A DNA stretch of 64,000 nt from Leucoraja erinacea (Eukaryota), in assembly GCF_028641065.1 (NCBI RefSeq), contig NC_073410.1, forward strand, positions 1,364,001 to 1,428,000, written 5' to 3'. A program made the position numbers and the translations under genes. The notes under the pieces were generated by a model, which saw nothing but the letters and a program-made list of their open reading frames with translations, was not told the origin of the DNA and made no database searches. This document shows positions 33,333 to 47,502 of this stretch, piece by piece. The first letter of the stretch is position 1. Every line of letters begins with the position of its first letter.

Positions 33333-36300
33333 TGAGTCTTTTTTGTGCTGAGGATAAACCTGCAGCATCCCAGAGACAACAACCTTCAAATCCACTGCTT
33401 ATTCGTTCATCTCAGCCAGGATAAATAATATATCTGTGTAGGAACTGCAGATGCTGGTTTACACCGAAATGCTGGAGTAACTCAGCGGGACAGGTCGCAT
33501 CCCTGGATAGAAGGAATGGGTGATGTCTCGGGTCGAGCCCCTTCAGACTAAGTCAGGGGAGAGGGAGCAATGGAAGGGTGAGGTGTGAAAACGAGACATC
33601 AAAGGGGATGAAGCTTAAGGAAAATGTAGAATAAATCATTGTTAGCGGGGGGGAAAGATGACAACGAAGCATTCAAAGATAAGAATTTAATCAGGAGGAC
33701 AGTCATACTGGTGGGAGAACTAGGATGGGGGAGGGATGGAGAGAGAGTGAAAGTAATGGCTACTTGAAGTTAGAGAAGTCAATATTCATACCACTGGATT
33801 GTAAGCCGCCCAATAATATATCTGACTCGTACACTCTCATTTAGAAGTAAGGCATGGAAGGAGATTATAAAATATATGCAGAGAGATAGTTTGAAGGAAT
33901 GGCATCTGTCTCAGTACTTCAGGGACTACCTTTGCTGAGGATTCATTATGTGTAACCTATAGTTGCTGCGTCTGTCTTTTCAAGGTTACTTGTTCATTTA
34001 TCTTTTGGTCAGGGGAGGTTCAGTGCCTCAAGTATCCTTGCCTGTTTCCCAGTGAGTGACAGCGGTGATGGCGAAGCAGAGTTAATTGATGCCTGAGGGA
34101 GACCAAAGCTCTGCTGCAATACTGCCAGGAGCTCAATTACCTTAACGTTTACAGTCCGTACCAAAGCTTCACCCAGCTCCTAGGCAGCACCAAGCGTACA
34201 CGTGAGGTATGGTTTTTATTAACCACATAAATCACTAAGGTACATTGTTGATTTTAGCTATTTTTGGCAAAAATGCAAGTCTTTTATCCTGGACTAGCAG
34301 GGAAAGCATCTGGAGGATAGCAGACCGGATCATTTAAGATGCGATGTTATATGGGTGTGGGAAGTATTTAAATCACTAAACGTGCCCCTGCCTGACTTGT
34401 GCACAGGGATGAGATTTACAGCACATTATTAACTTGGCATCCGTTATTTCTTTTGCAGTCGGTACAGTTGAGCTCAAAACACTACACAGGGTTATTTTAC
34501 AGAGGATGTCAGTCCCTAGATGGAGTCTCTCCATGGTCAAAGTGGCAGTCTGACCTTTCATTGTTTGCAATTTGCACAACATTTATAGATTCTACAATGG
34601 GAAAATATAGCGTCTCAAATTCACATGAAGTAATCTGTACATTCACTGTTCCCCTATGCTTCCTAAGTGTTGGTTGTGTGGGATGTAGCCATTGATTGCA
34701 GCATGGATCCGAGTTGCCATCCAGCAGCTTTACCAGTAGGGTCAATATAGCAGTGCAAATTTTCTGTACTTCTCCCAACATCTGGACGAATGCCACTCAT
34801 TCTTTGTGCCTTCAGTGCAATTCAGAAATGTCCATTATTACTTTGGTTCAAAACAGATGCATGAGGATTCTTTAAAATTGTCTCCTTGGTCCTTTGTAAT
34901 TGTCGGCATTGGTTATTTTTTGAGCATCATGTGCTTTTCAACTTTAGGAGGTTAAAGTGGGAGATGTGGAGTTTTGTTGTGTGCTATCCTGCACATTAGT
35001 CGGGCTCAGCTGCCTCCAGAGAGTGCTGTTTACACAATCTGCTGCTGAAAACCAAAAAGGAGTTTATTGTTACATGTGTCTTTAGTATTTATCATTATGT
35101 TGTAAGGGCTGATTACCCAATCCAAACCTGACAGAATTTGATTATGTGTGTGCTATTTGGCTTGCCTGCACATTCCGATTAAAAAAAAAACAGTATTTGT
35201 GTCATGCCAAGCCACGCCAGCCCGGTTCTGTATTTTATCCAGGTCAGGATGATTTCCTCAGTATTACTGCACACATTCCCTACTCTTAATCAATGTCTGG
35301 TAAATCCACAGTGCTCGGGCTGAGTGTGGCTAGTTGGTGGTTGTGTGGAGTTTGGGTCAGGTGTAGTTACATATCTGCATGGTCTGCCCTATATTGGGGC
35401 ATTGTGGTCAGCATAGGCAAGAAGGGCCAAAGGGCCTGTTTCTGTATATCAACTCAGTATTGTTATTTCTGTAATGCACATCTCCAATAACAATATCTAG
35501 GTTTAGTGCAGGAGATTAAAATAGTTGCTAATCTAGAACCTTGCTCTATAGAACTGCAGTGCAAGTGTTACCAGTTCACAGGTGAATTGGGAATCTATGT
35601 GGGATGGGGGTGGACAAATTCCATTAACAGGTTGAGTCCAAAAGACATGAAATATCCACGATAGTAAGTCTTTTGGCCTCCTGTGTGGGATCTTTGAAAT
35701 AATTTAACAATTATTTATTTCTCCACTGCCCTGGAATTTCAGATGTGATTTTAATTACAATAAATCTGGATATTTCAAGTCGAGTCAAGTTTATTCGTCA
35801 CATACACATATACGAGATGTGCAGTGAAATGAAAAGAAGGGGATCGGTCACCATGAGACGTTGTAACAAACCTGAAACAAAACAAAACAAAATTATTAGC
35901 AGGTCTGGTAGTTTCTGCAAGAGAAACAGAGTTGACATTTCAGATCCAACGACTTGATCAGTTTTATTTTTACTCCTAACCCAATCGTGTTATGGATCCT
36001 TAACTGCCTTCTCAGAGTCGGAACAATTATGGGTCGCTTGTGATGTCCACACCCTGTCAACAAATAAGTAAGTAAAGTGTTTTATGCCTTTATGTAATAG
36101 GACCATTCTTCAGATAATCAGCCTGTTATCCTCTATTTAAGTCCAACTAATTTCAAACAGACACTGGATAGCTGTTAAATGAAGTGGAACCACCAATGAT
36201 TCATGAATTGCCAACTTCACATCAAAGAGCTGACTTCGGAAAAAAATAATTCTTCCACAGTTGTGAAATTCCTTCAAAAAAATGTTGTGCCCGGGTTTAT

Positions 36301-37029
36301 AAATGTAAACATAGGATGTAAGGCCCACCGCATCTGTGGGGCAGAAATAGAAGAAAGATCTAACCATTCTCATTAAGTATTCTGCAGTTTGTATGATTAT
36401 AATTATATTTTCTCAAATGCAATGCAAATATTATTTGAGACTTATTGCACCGATATAAATAAAGCAGTATTATTAGGAGAAATCAGAAGGACTACAATGT
36501 TTTGACATTAGTCTGGTTCATTTATTTTGTATTTTTGTCTGTCCTATTTTTCACTTGACTTCTCTATATATTTGGGTATAACTTCCTTGTTCTGAACTTG
36601 TGGGAAGCATCATCAAAATCAGGATCACGTTCCCAGTGGCCTGAGGACAGTATTACTTCTGTCACATTATATCAGCTAAAAGAGAGTTGTTATTTCCCAA
36701 ATGCAGATAATACTGAATACAAGATCAATAAAATGATAATTCAAAAAAATGAGTTCATTACATGTTACTGTAGTAGATTATTTGCTATCATTGCTATCAG
36801 TTAGAATGATAATATTCTCAATTATTTCCCATACTTATTCCTCCTGAATTTTGAATAAGTTATCCTATACAGCCACCTTCTGGGTAAATTCCAATTATAA
36901 GATTACCATAGAAAAACTGGGTAGGAATTCTTGGGAGATATTGTTCAATTGAGGATCACATTGCCAAGTTGAGTGGTTAAGGCAAATTGTACAAACAGAT
37001 TTATATAGATGTCATTTAAAGTTAGAAGG

Positions 37030-37326
37030 GTGGGGTAGTGCAGCTAAGACAATGCCTCACAGCGCCAGAGACCTGGGTTTGATCCTGACTACGGGTGCTG
37101 TCTGTACGGAGTTTGTACGTTCTCCATGTGACCTCATGAGTTTTCTTCAGGTGCTCCAGTTTCTTCCCACACTCCAAAGATGTACAGGTTTGTAGCCTAA
37201 TTGGCTTTGGTAAAATTGTAAATTATTCCGATTGTGTAGACTAGTGCTAGTGTACGGGTGATGGCTAGTCGGCGCAGACTTAGTGGGCCGAAGGGCCTGT
37301 CTCCACACTATCTCTAAAGTCTAAAG
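37030..37326 (+). mobile_element. HE1-like SINE
   Basis: Same consensus as 60432-60718. Confidence 0.8.
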
Positions 37327-38164
37327 AAGGGAGAATAGGATAGATTATGTCAACAGGATTGAACAGATTAGGAATGGAAAAGGTGCATTTTGATTTTACC
37401 CACATGTTCTGTGCTTTAGAAGTGTACAGACATTTCTGTGCTTTAGAAAAAAACTATTGTACTCAGATAATTGTACTCTATGAATTAGCGGTTTCAAACT
37501 GTGCGTCGATACTTTTCCTTCAACTTTAAACAATATCAATTGAAAGCCCAGCTGGCCTATTGTCAGCGATTAATATATATGAAAGTAGTTGGCGTAGTGG
37601 GATATTTCAAAGGAATATAAGTTTCTCAAAAAATGGAGCCTTTCAAAACCTAATTTAACTAGGTTTGTTGGCTGCCCTGAAGGTGAAGGGCCTGTTTCCA
37701 TATCGTATCTTGCAATCAAAAAAAGATAGTATGAGAAATGTTGGCCCCTGAAACTATCAAGTGGTCAATTAAAAATAAGTCTCCAATGGCATTAAGGGAA
37801 GGAAATCAGTTCTTTATGTCTCCTGACCGATAATAATGAAGTTGGAAACTCAACTATCCACTGAGATAGTTACAAGACAATATATGTCGGCCTTCCCAGC
37901 AATGCCCACACCACACGTTGTTATAACTCCTGCATTAAGGTGAAGTGTAAAATGGACCGTTGTGAACAGCCTGTGTACTCATCTCCTGCACCTTCGGCGA
38001 GCGGCCTAATGTTCCACGATCGGTTCGGGAAGCAGAACATGGCGATCTTGGCGCATGGAAGTGGAGGGGCAGCTGCTGGAGGCGATGTACGGAAGGTGAG
38101 TTTGCGGTGGCCGTGGGGACGGACGGTGCTGCTGGCGGTGGTCCACCCCTACTTCACCCATCCA

Positions 38165-38455
38165 GTGTCGACACACCTGGCCGACAAATCTGGCCGGCAC
38201 GACACTGGTCGACACGACACCTGGCAGACACACCTGCCCGACACGATATCCGACACGACGACACCTGGCCGACACCACACCTGGCCGACACACCTGGCTG
38301 ACACGACACCTGCCCGACACACCTGGCTGACACGACACCTGCCCGACACACCTGGCAGACACACCTGGCCATCACGACACCTGGCCGACACCACACCTGG
38401 CAGACACACCTGGCCATCACGGCTGTCACACCTGGCCATCACGACACCTGGCCAT
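38165..38455. repeat. GACAC(GAC)ACCTGGCC minisatellite
   Basis: Repeated 13-18-bp units of gacacacctggcc / gacacgacacctgg. Confidence 0.85.
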
Positions 38456-40840
38456 AGCTTGAGGTAATAAACAACTGCAGATCTCCGTGGGACACGATTG
38501 GACTTTTAAATGGCTTTGTAAGTAGGTGACAGAACATGACAACTCTCTGTGTGCTGTTCTAGATGAGGATCTATTGTAGCCATTCGTTGTACAGAGGACA
38601 GCGGTAGAGTTGCTGCCTTACAGCGCCAGAGTTCTTGACTATGGGTGTTGTTTGTACGTTCTCCCCATCACCTGCATGGGTTTGCTCCACACACTCCAGT
38701 TTCCTCCCACACTCCAAAGACGTGTAAGTTAATTGGCTTGGTATAATTGTAAATTGTCGCTAGTGTGTGTAGGGTAGTGTTAGTGTGCGGGGATCGCTGG
38801 AACAAAGGGCCCATTCCCGTGCTGTATCTCTGAACTAAAACTGGTGGAGAGTGTGATTTGAGTGGATTGCAAGCAGCACAAGTATTTCACTCTATCTTTG
38901 CACAAGTGCCAATTAGTAAACCAACCCAACATTGTTTCTTTTGGAAGAGATAAAATTGGAACTGAAATGGTAGAGATAAAACATATTTCAACGTTCAGTT
39001 AGAAATAATCAATAGTGTTAGCTCTAATTTGGGATTAAAAAATTGCACTCAAGTGGAGTGCTGAGTGTTTTAGTTCAGATATGAATCAAACGTGTGAAGA
39101 AACAGCTGAAGCTGTTGAAGAAAGTTGCTTTAATTAGCCAACTAATTTAAGATACATGGTTGGAATCCATTTAAAAGTGCCTCAGTTAGGTCATGTTACT
39201 TGGTTAGAATTCCTGCCAACTTGGAACTGAGCCATACAAATTAATGTCCAACGGATTGAAATATATTTATTGAGTTAAAAAGCAATCTCTCCCCCTCTCC
39301 CTCCCTCTCCCCCTCTCCCTCTCTCCCTCCCCCTCTGTCATTTACTAGGGCAGCACGGTGGGGCAGCTGCCTTACAGCGCCGGAGACGCGGGTTCGATCC
39401 TGACTACGGGTGCTGTTTGGACACACTCCCCGTGACCTATGTGGGTTTTCTCCAGTGCTGTGGCTTCCACCCACATTCCAAAGACGTGCAGGTTTGTAGA
39501 TTAATTGGATTCTGTGAATTGTCTTGTCTTGTACCCACAGAATGGTCACACTGTTTTAGCAACATTCCCAATCTGTCTGAAATACTTAGCATCAAAGTCT
39601 GTACATTCAACTTGAAGCGATTTGAAAATAATCGGTCTTGTGCAATCCACAATGGATTGATTGTCACCAGATCTTTAACTTAAATTAATTGGGAAATTTC
39701 GCTGAATAAAATCAGCCATTCTCAAATCAGGAGTTTCAGTTTAGTTTATTGTCACGTGTACCAAGGTACAGTGGAAATACTTTGTGGCGTGGTATCCAGC
39801 CAATGGAAAGACAATACATGATTACAATCGAGCCATTCACAGTGGAATAATGATTAGACATAGAAACACAGAAGTGCATGATTAGGCCAGTAAAGGTCTG
39901 ATCAAAGATAGTCAGAAGCTCCCCGATGTTATTATAATGGCGATTAACTAAAGTATATGTGGGATATTTTTGTTAATACTGTATAACTGAACCACCTTCC
40001 AAAACATGGCCCTCCAGGACAAGGGGTCACAGCTTAAGGATAAGGGGGAAATCCTTTAAAACCGAGATGAGAAGAACTTTTTTCACACAGAGAGTGGTGA
40101 ATCTCTGGAACTCTCTGCCACAGAGGGTAGTTGAGGCCAGTTCATTGGCTATATTTAAGAGGGAGTTAGATGTGGCCCCTTGTGGCTAAGGGGATCAGAG
40201 GGTATGGAGAGAAGGCAGGTACGGGATACTGAGTTGGATGATCAACCATGATCATATTGAATGGCGGTGCAGGCTCGAAGGGCCGAATGGCCTACTCCTG
40301 CACCTAGTTTCTATGTTTCTAACATGATACCTTTCATTTTTGTTGGGCCTTTGTAACTTTAACTGTGTGTGTCTACAGAAAGTAAAAAAACTCACATGCA
40401 GGGAAACGTTTCCAAACGTTGAAGGCTTCAATGAGCTGAACATTGTACAATTTTCCAACTGTGCGCGTATAAAGGGCGTGACCTCCACAAGCCACCCAGC
40501 CGCTAGTTACTGTGGAGACTTGATTTGTTCAGAAAACACAAAGAAAGTTTGATATGATGAGGAGAGGGTGGAGGTTGTGGGGCAGGGCAGAGATCTGTCT
40601 TACATCTCCTCATTCACTCTCACAACGTTTCCTTCATTGTTTATTTTTGCTCCTGTTTCAATAAAAAACTTTTTCCGCCCCTTTTTTCTATGTTTGTTAA
40701 GTGTCCTGACAAATCAGAGGTCAATTGAGTTATGACTCAGCTGTGGAGTAAACATACCTGGCACAGAAATATAACGCCTATTAAACTCTGTCTCGATTTC
40801 ATCATTTACAGCCTTATTCTTTATAATTATTCATTTGTCA

Positions 40841-40977
40841 GGAGGTGGGTGTTGATGATTAGGCCAGTAAAGGTCCAATCTAAGATAGTCAGAAGCTCCC
40901 CGATGTTATTCTAATGGCAATTAACTAAAGTATATGTGGGATATTTTTGTTAATACTGTACAACTGAACCCACCTCC
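40841..40977 (+). ncRNA. Candidate box C/D snoRNA-like structure (tentative)
   Basis: 10-bp terminal stem GGAGGTGGGT/ACCCACCTCC flanking TGATGA (40853-58) and CTGA (40964-67). The body is a duplicate of partly repeat-derived 39878-39996. Confidence 0.25.
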
Positions 40978-41206
40978 CTTTGCCCTTGAGAAGATGGTGA
41001 GAAGCTTAATTGGTTTACAAAGAAAAGACACAGAGTGTTAGACTAACTCAGCAGGTTAGACAGCATCTCTGGAGAACATGGATGGGTGATGTTTGGAGTC
41101 GCCACCTATCCATGTTCATAGAGTGTTACAGTGTGGAAACCGGCCCATCATGCCAACACTGGCCAACATGTCCCATCTACACTAGTCCTTCTTCTTCTTG
41201 CATATG

Positions 41207-41494
41207 GGCCGTGTTAGCAGACCACCAGACAGATATGGCAAGTATGTTTAACTCCGTGGCATGGGTGCCCTTACACACTTAATCCCAAGGGGGGAGGATG
41301 TAGATTGATGGTGCATGTGAACCAATCACACATAAGCCAGCATCACTAACTCCACCCCACTATAACACTTATACTAACACTCATTCCCGGCCCTGCCAGT
41401 TCGAGCAGCTAGGATGCACTGGCAACTTGTAGACCTCAACGCTGCTCATTAAATATGTGTTTAAATCACACACTGTCTCTGGCTCTTGTTTACA
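41207..41494 (+). mobile_element. Gypsy-like LTR retrotransposon 3' fragment (pol end, PPT, 3' LTR)
   Basis: GRVSRPPDRYGKYV*; PPT AAGGGGGGAGGA at 41287-41298; LTR TGTA...TACA at 41299-41494. Confidence 0.7.
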
Positions 41495-44400
41495 GCGTGC
41501 ACAGCATAAAGTTGTAGGACAACTTGTTCTATTTCATCTTATTTGATTGTGCACGGCAGGTTGATTGCATTAGTCGTAACAGGGCGGACCAGGTGAAGGT
41601 TGCAATCTCCCACTCCACTAGTCCCACCTGCCTGCATTTGGCCCATATCCCTCTAAACCTGTCCTAACCATGTACCTGTCCAAATGTTTCTTAAAACATT
41701 CTCCAGTGATGTTGCCTGACCCGCTGAGTTACTCCAGCACGCTGTGAAACGGCACCTATCCATGTTCTCCATAGATGCTATATTTAAGAGGGAGTTAGAT
41801 GTGGCCCTTGTGGCTAAGGGGATCAGGGGGTATGGAGAGAAGGCAGGTACGGGATACTGAGTTGGATGATCAGCCATGATCATATTGAATGGCGGTGCAG
41901 GCTCGAAGGGCCGAATGGCCTACTCCTGCACCTAATTTCTATGTTTCTATGCTGCCTGACCCGCTGAGTTACTCCAGCACTCTGTGAAACGTCACCTATC
42001 CATGTTCTCCACAGATGCTGCCTGACCCACTGAGTTACTCCAGCACTCTGTGAAACGTCACCTATCCATGTTCTCCACAGATGCTGCCTGGCCCGCTGAG
42101 TTATGGTGCAGCAGCATCTATGGAGTGAAGGAAATAGGCAACGTTTCGGGCCAAAACCCTTCTGGAAATAGGCAACGTTTCGGGCTGAAACCCGGAAGGG
42201 TTTCGACCCGAAACGTTACCTATTTCCTTAGCTCCATAGATGCTGCTGCACCCGCTGAGTTACTCCAGCACTCTGTGAAACGTCACCTATCCATGTTCTT
42301 CACAGATGCTGCCTGACCTGCATAGTTACTCCAGGACTCTGTGTCCAGCCGATTGGAACTTTAGTGCAGCATGCCAGTAGGATTCTGTAGCCTAAATATA
42401 GTGCTTGCACAGTCTAGACATGGACCGGGATTAATTGCAGCTCTCTGTGAAATTCCCATTCTGATTATCAAATTGATTGCCACGACTTTAAATAGAATAC
42501 ACCAGACCCTAACATTACATAACACAGACGAGAAATTAAGTTAAAATGTTTTGGTGCTTTGGTATTCTGCAGCAATAAGCGGATAGAAACTGCAAGATAA
42601 GCTTATACAGAATGAGTATAATTCCTGCAGGCTTTTACATGATGAGATTGTTCTCTCCCTCTCCTTCTCCCCCTCCCCCTCCCCCTCTCTCTCCCCCTCC
42701 CCCTCTCTCTCTCCCCTGTCCGTCTCTCCCTGTCTGTTTCCCTCCCTGTCTGTCTGTCTCCCTGTCTGTCTCGCTCTCTCTCTGTCTGTCTCTTCAATTC
42801 TCAACATTATTTTAATGGTTGCTACCTTTCCCTGTAATGCTTCCTTCAGAAAGCTATGATGTAATGAAGGTCTGATAACAAAGATGCTTTGTAGAATATT
42901 CACACAGGGTGTATGGAACGAGTTTCCAGAGGAGGTAGTTGAGGCAGGTACTATAGCAACCTTAAAACACCAATTTGACAGGTACGTGGATAGGAAAGGT
43001 TTGGAGGGACGTGGGCAGATGGGACTAGTATAGATGGGGCATCTTGGTCGGTATGGAAATGTTGGGCTGAAGGGCCTGTTTCCGTGCTGAATGACTATGA
43101 TTGTAATTTATTGGTGTTTAAGAAAGAACTGCAGATGCTGGAAAAATCGAAGGTAGACAAAATTGCTGGAGAAACTCAGCGGGTGAGGCAGCATCTATGG
43201 AGCGAAGGAATAGGTGAATTTTCGGGTCCCTTGTAATTTATTGGTGTATCAGTCAGAGGCCATTATATCAGAGGGTGGTCACTGGAGTGGTTCCAGGACA
43301 CCGTGATCATTTCTGGGGTCACTAACACCTGCTACTTTGGCCAATCTTTTGGTCAGCTCGCCTCATGGTTGAGTTTGTTATTGTCCTGTCCACCAAGGTA
43401 GTAAAAACACTTGTTTTGCAAGCTATCCAGCAGACAACACCACACATGCGAATAATTATACCATGGATAAGTATATCAGGTAGTGCCAAAATCCAGGCCA
43501 TGGCCATTATCCCACCCACTTCTCTTTTCCAGCTTTCTCACTGAAGAAGGATCCCAGCCCAAAACATTGTCTATCCATTTCTCTCCACAGATGCTGCCTG
43601 ACCTGGACTTCCTCCTCCAGCACGTTTGTGTTTTTCAGGAACATCTGCTGATTAGCAGGACAATGGATTCAAATATCAATTGTTGCTTTAGCCAATCAAG
43701 ATAGATAGTCTAAATGAAGACTGGAATAGTCCTTGTATTTCTGAGGTCAGGCTAGTACCTGGTTTTACTTTATCTCAATGTGTATGACATCGGGCTCTAC
43801 AGCAGCGAATCAGGCCCTTCAGCCCACCTTGTCTACTAGGCTAGTCCCATTTGCCTGTGTTTGCCTCACATGCCTCCAAACCCTTCCATATATCTGTCCA
43901 AATGTCCTTTGATAATACATGAATGCGATAAAATTAATTGCGTGAAGAAAGGTTTTTTTTTTCTTTGGATTAAATATTTGTGTTTATCCTGGTATCTGTC
44001 CAAATGCCCTTTAAAAGTCGTAACTGTATCCACCTACAGTTTTCTCTGGCAACTCATGCCAGAAATATTTCTGGTTATCTGATCTTGCCCATGTCGATAG
44101 AAACGTGCTGAGTCTTCAACTCACTCATTCTGATCTCCAGGCCAAAAGGTTGTGCCTTGCGCAAAGAGACTTGGAACCATGACAGAAGCTGGCATTCCAG
44201 AGAGCTACGCAGGAGTTCAGTCTTGCCAGAGGTGCTGTCATTTGGATGAGACAACATGCATATGCTCCGTGAGATGAAATAGTTTCAAGGCCAGGCAAGA
44301 TTTCTAATTGGAACACTAGACCCCATTACTGATTGTGGGAGTTTGCTATGCACACATCGTACCCATTTATCACCATTCAAATGTTCTTCCTTAGTTGTGA

Positions 44401-44624
44401 AATACCATAACTTTTTAATGTCATGGTAACGACAACAGTATTTTCCCCTACACGATGTTGAGATTAATACCCTGGACAATAAACTAAACTGAAGTAAATA
44501 AGGAACTACAGATGCCGGTTTACACAAAAAGACACACAAAGTGCTGGAGTAACTCAGCGGGTCAGGCAGCATCTCTGGAGAACATGATGGACAACTTTGT
44601 GAGTTGGGACCCTCAGAGAGAGAG

Positions 44625-45060
44625 ATTCATTCAGCACAGAAACAGGCCCATCAGCCCAAGTTGTCCAAGATCCTCCATCTAAGCTAGTTCCATTTCCATG
44701 CATCACTCGACACCATTCCTATCCATGTCCCCATGCAGGTGTCTTATAAATGTTGTTATAGTTCCCCCCTCAACTACACCCTCTGCCAGCTCGTTCCATA
44801 CACCCATACATCTGAATAAAAAAGCTGCCCCTCGGGTTCCTATTAAATCTTTTCCTGCTCATCTTAAATCTATGTTTTCTGGTCCTTGATTCCTTTACTC
44901 TGGGTAAAAGACACTGTGCATTCACCCGATCTATTCCCCTGGTGATTGTGTACATCTTTATACGATAGTCCCTCATCCACCTGTGCACTAAGGAATGGAG
45001 TCCTAGCCTGCCCAACCTCTCACTGTAGCTCAGGCCCTCAAGTCCTGGCAACACCCTTGT
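44625..45060 (-). mobile_element. CR1 LINE 3' fragment (second subfamily)
   Basis: FTRVLPGLEGLSYSERLGRLGLHSL...ESRTRKHRFK. Confidence 0.85.
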
Positions 45061-46897
45061 AAAAGAATCCTTCATCAAACTCATTATAGTAGGGTTAATA
45101 CTCTATCCGAGGCAGTCAGTTTTTGCTGCAATGCCTTTGACTAATCCATGCAATGATGAATGGGTTTATGAAGCATTGGCTCTTTGATATCTTGTAATAG
45201 CCTGCTGTCAAAAGTTGATGTAATGCCAGTTCGTGCCTGAAATACCAATCTGTTCTCAATCTCCGAGTCACACTTAATAGCACTCGTTTGAAATCTTACG
45301 AAAGATCAGTTGTCCATTAATAAAAGCATATTTCTTAAGTATATATTAGCAAGGTGGAGACTAGTTTGAGTTCCTCCACCCTTCTGTGCAAATCCTAACA
45401 AGTAACTCAGAGGTTCATAAGTGATAGTAGAAGAATTACGCCATTCGGCCCATCATGTCTACTCCGCCATTCAATCGTGGCTGCTCTATCTTTCCCTCTC
45501 AATGCCATTCTCCTGCCTTCTCCCGATAACCACTGACACCCGTACTAATCAAGAATCTATCAATCTCCACCTTAAATATATCCTCTGACTTGGCCTCCAC
45601 AGCCTTCTGTGGCAGTGAATTCCACAGATTCACCACCCTCTGACGAAAGGAATTCCTCCTCGTCTCCTTTCTAAAGTTAATTATTCTGAGGCTGTGGTCT
45701 CTGGTCCTAGACTCTCCCAACTGGCTTTAAGTATTGGAAAAACCTTTAATTATTTGTTAAAACAAAGAACTGAAGATACACAAAAATGCTGGAGAAACTC
45801 AGCGGGTGCAGCATCATCTATGGAGTGAAGGAAATAGGCAAAGTTTCAGCCCAAAACGCTGCCTATTTCCTTTGCCCCATAGATGCTGCTGCACCCGCTG
45901 AGTTTCTCCAGCATTTTTGTGTACCTTCGATTTTCCAGCATCTGCAGTTCCTTCTTAAACAAAAAACTGCAGGTGATGGTTTATACCTAAGATAGATACA
46001 AAGCACTGAAGTAATTTAGCAGGTCAGGCAGGCAGGAACTCTGGAGAAAAAGGATGGATACATTTGTGGTCAGGGCCCTTCTTCAGATAGATTGAGATTT
46101 GAAGTGAGTTGGATGTGGACAGGTAGCAGACGTACATGTCAGCACGAAGGTTTCATTCAATTAGTATTCTGACACGTTCCAACTCCTATTAATAGGATTG
46201 GAAACAAGCCTGGAGCTCCCAGCAAGCTGTGTGTGGCAGCTCTAATCATGCAATAATCCGACATCCTACTCAGTCTTCAACTGAGTGGTCGCAGGGCTGA
46301 GAATTCACCCGGGGGTCTGGGATGTACCGGGGGCCGTATGACACAGAGGTGGAGTTGCTGCCTTACAATGCCAGACACCCGGTTCGATCCTGACTCCAGG
46401 TGCTCACGTTCATGTTACAATGAGTAGAATTAGGCCATTCGGCCCATCGTGTCTACCCCGCCACTCTATCGTGGCTGATCTCTGCCTTCTCATCCCATTT
46501 TCCTGCCTTCTCCCCATAACCCTTGACACCCGTTCAAATCACAAATTTGTCTATCTCTGCCTTAACAATGTGCTGTCTGTATGGACTTTGTACGTTCTCC
46601 CTGTGACCACGTCGCAAGCTACAATGAGCGGTGCAGAGAGGCAGCCCAGGCATGCCTGGAAGTTTTGAGGAAGAAAATTAGCATCCGAAGCATTCATATT
46701 ACCTGCACACTCTACCTTAGCTTGTCTCTTGCCTGCCGACACTATAATTGGAGACTAACTTATTCTCCAGAAGCCAAAAGCAATTCATTTTTAATCACAA
46801 TGTCATGGCTTGCTAGAGCTACAGATTTTTCTCCAATACTATTAATATTAAACAGGAGTTTGATCATGTCAGAATACTAATTTAATTAAATCTCAAA

Positions 46898-47502
46898 TCT
46901 GAGTATAGGAGTAAAGAGGTCCTTCTGCAGTTGTACAGGGCCCCGGTGAGACCACAACTGGAGTATTGTGTGCAGTTTTGGTTTCCTAATTTGAGGAAAG
47001 ACATCCTTGCTATTGAGTCAGTGCAGCGTAGGTTCACCAGGTTAATCCTCGGGATGGCGGGACTGTCATATGAGGCCAGACTGGGCTTGTATTCACTGGG
47101 ATTTATAAGGATGAGAGGGGATCTTAAAGAAACATATAAAATTATAAAAGGACTGGACAAGCTAGATGCAGGAAAAATGTTCCCAATGTTGGGGCAGTCC
47201 AGAACCAGGGGCCACAGTTTAAGAATAAAGGGGAAGCCATTTAAAACTGAGATGAGAAAAAAACTTTTTCACCCAGAGAGTTGTGAATTTATGGAATTCT
47301 CTGCCACAGAGGGCAGTCGAGGCCTATTTACTGGATGAATTTAAAAGAGTTAGATAGAGCTCTAGGGGCTAGAGAAATCAAGGGATATGGGGAGAAGGTA
47401 GGCACGGGTTACTGATTGTGGATGATCAGCCATGATCACAATGAATGGCTGTGCTGGCTCAAAGGGCCAAATGGCCTCCTCCTGCAGCTATTTTCTATGT
47501 TT
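46898..47502 (+). mobile_element. CR1 LINE 3' fragment
   Basis: VRPQLEYCVQFWFPNLRKDILAIESVQRRFTRLI...; CR1 3' UTR and tail. Confidence 0.9.

Noticed and set aside
44075-44316. Non-repetitive stretch with short ORFs on both strands
   Set aside because: No recognisable protein and no consistent splice-site pair.
45153-45240. ATGATGA...CTGA box C/D pair
   Set aside because: No terminal stem, no convincing guide, no known host intron; expected by chance.
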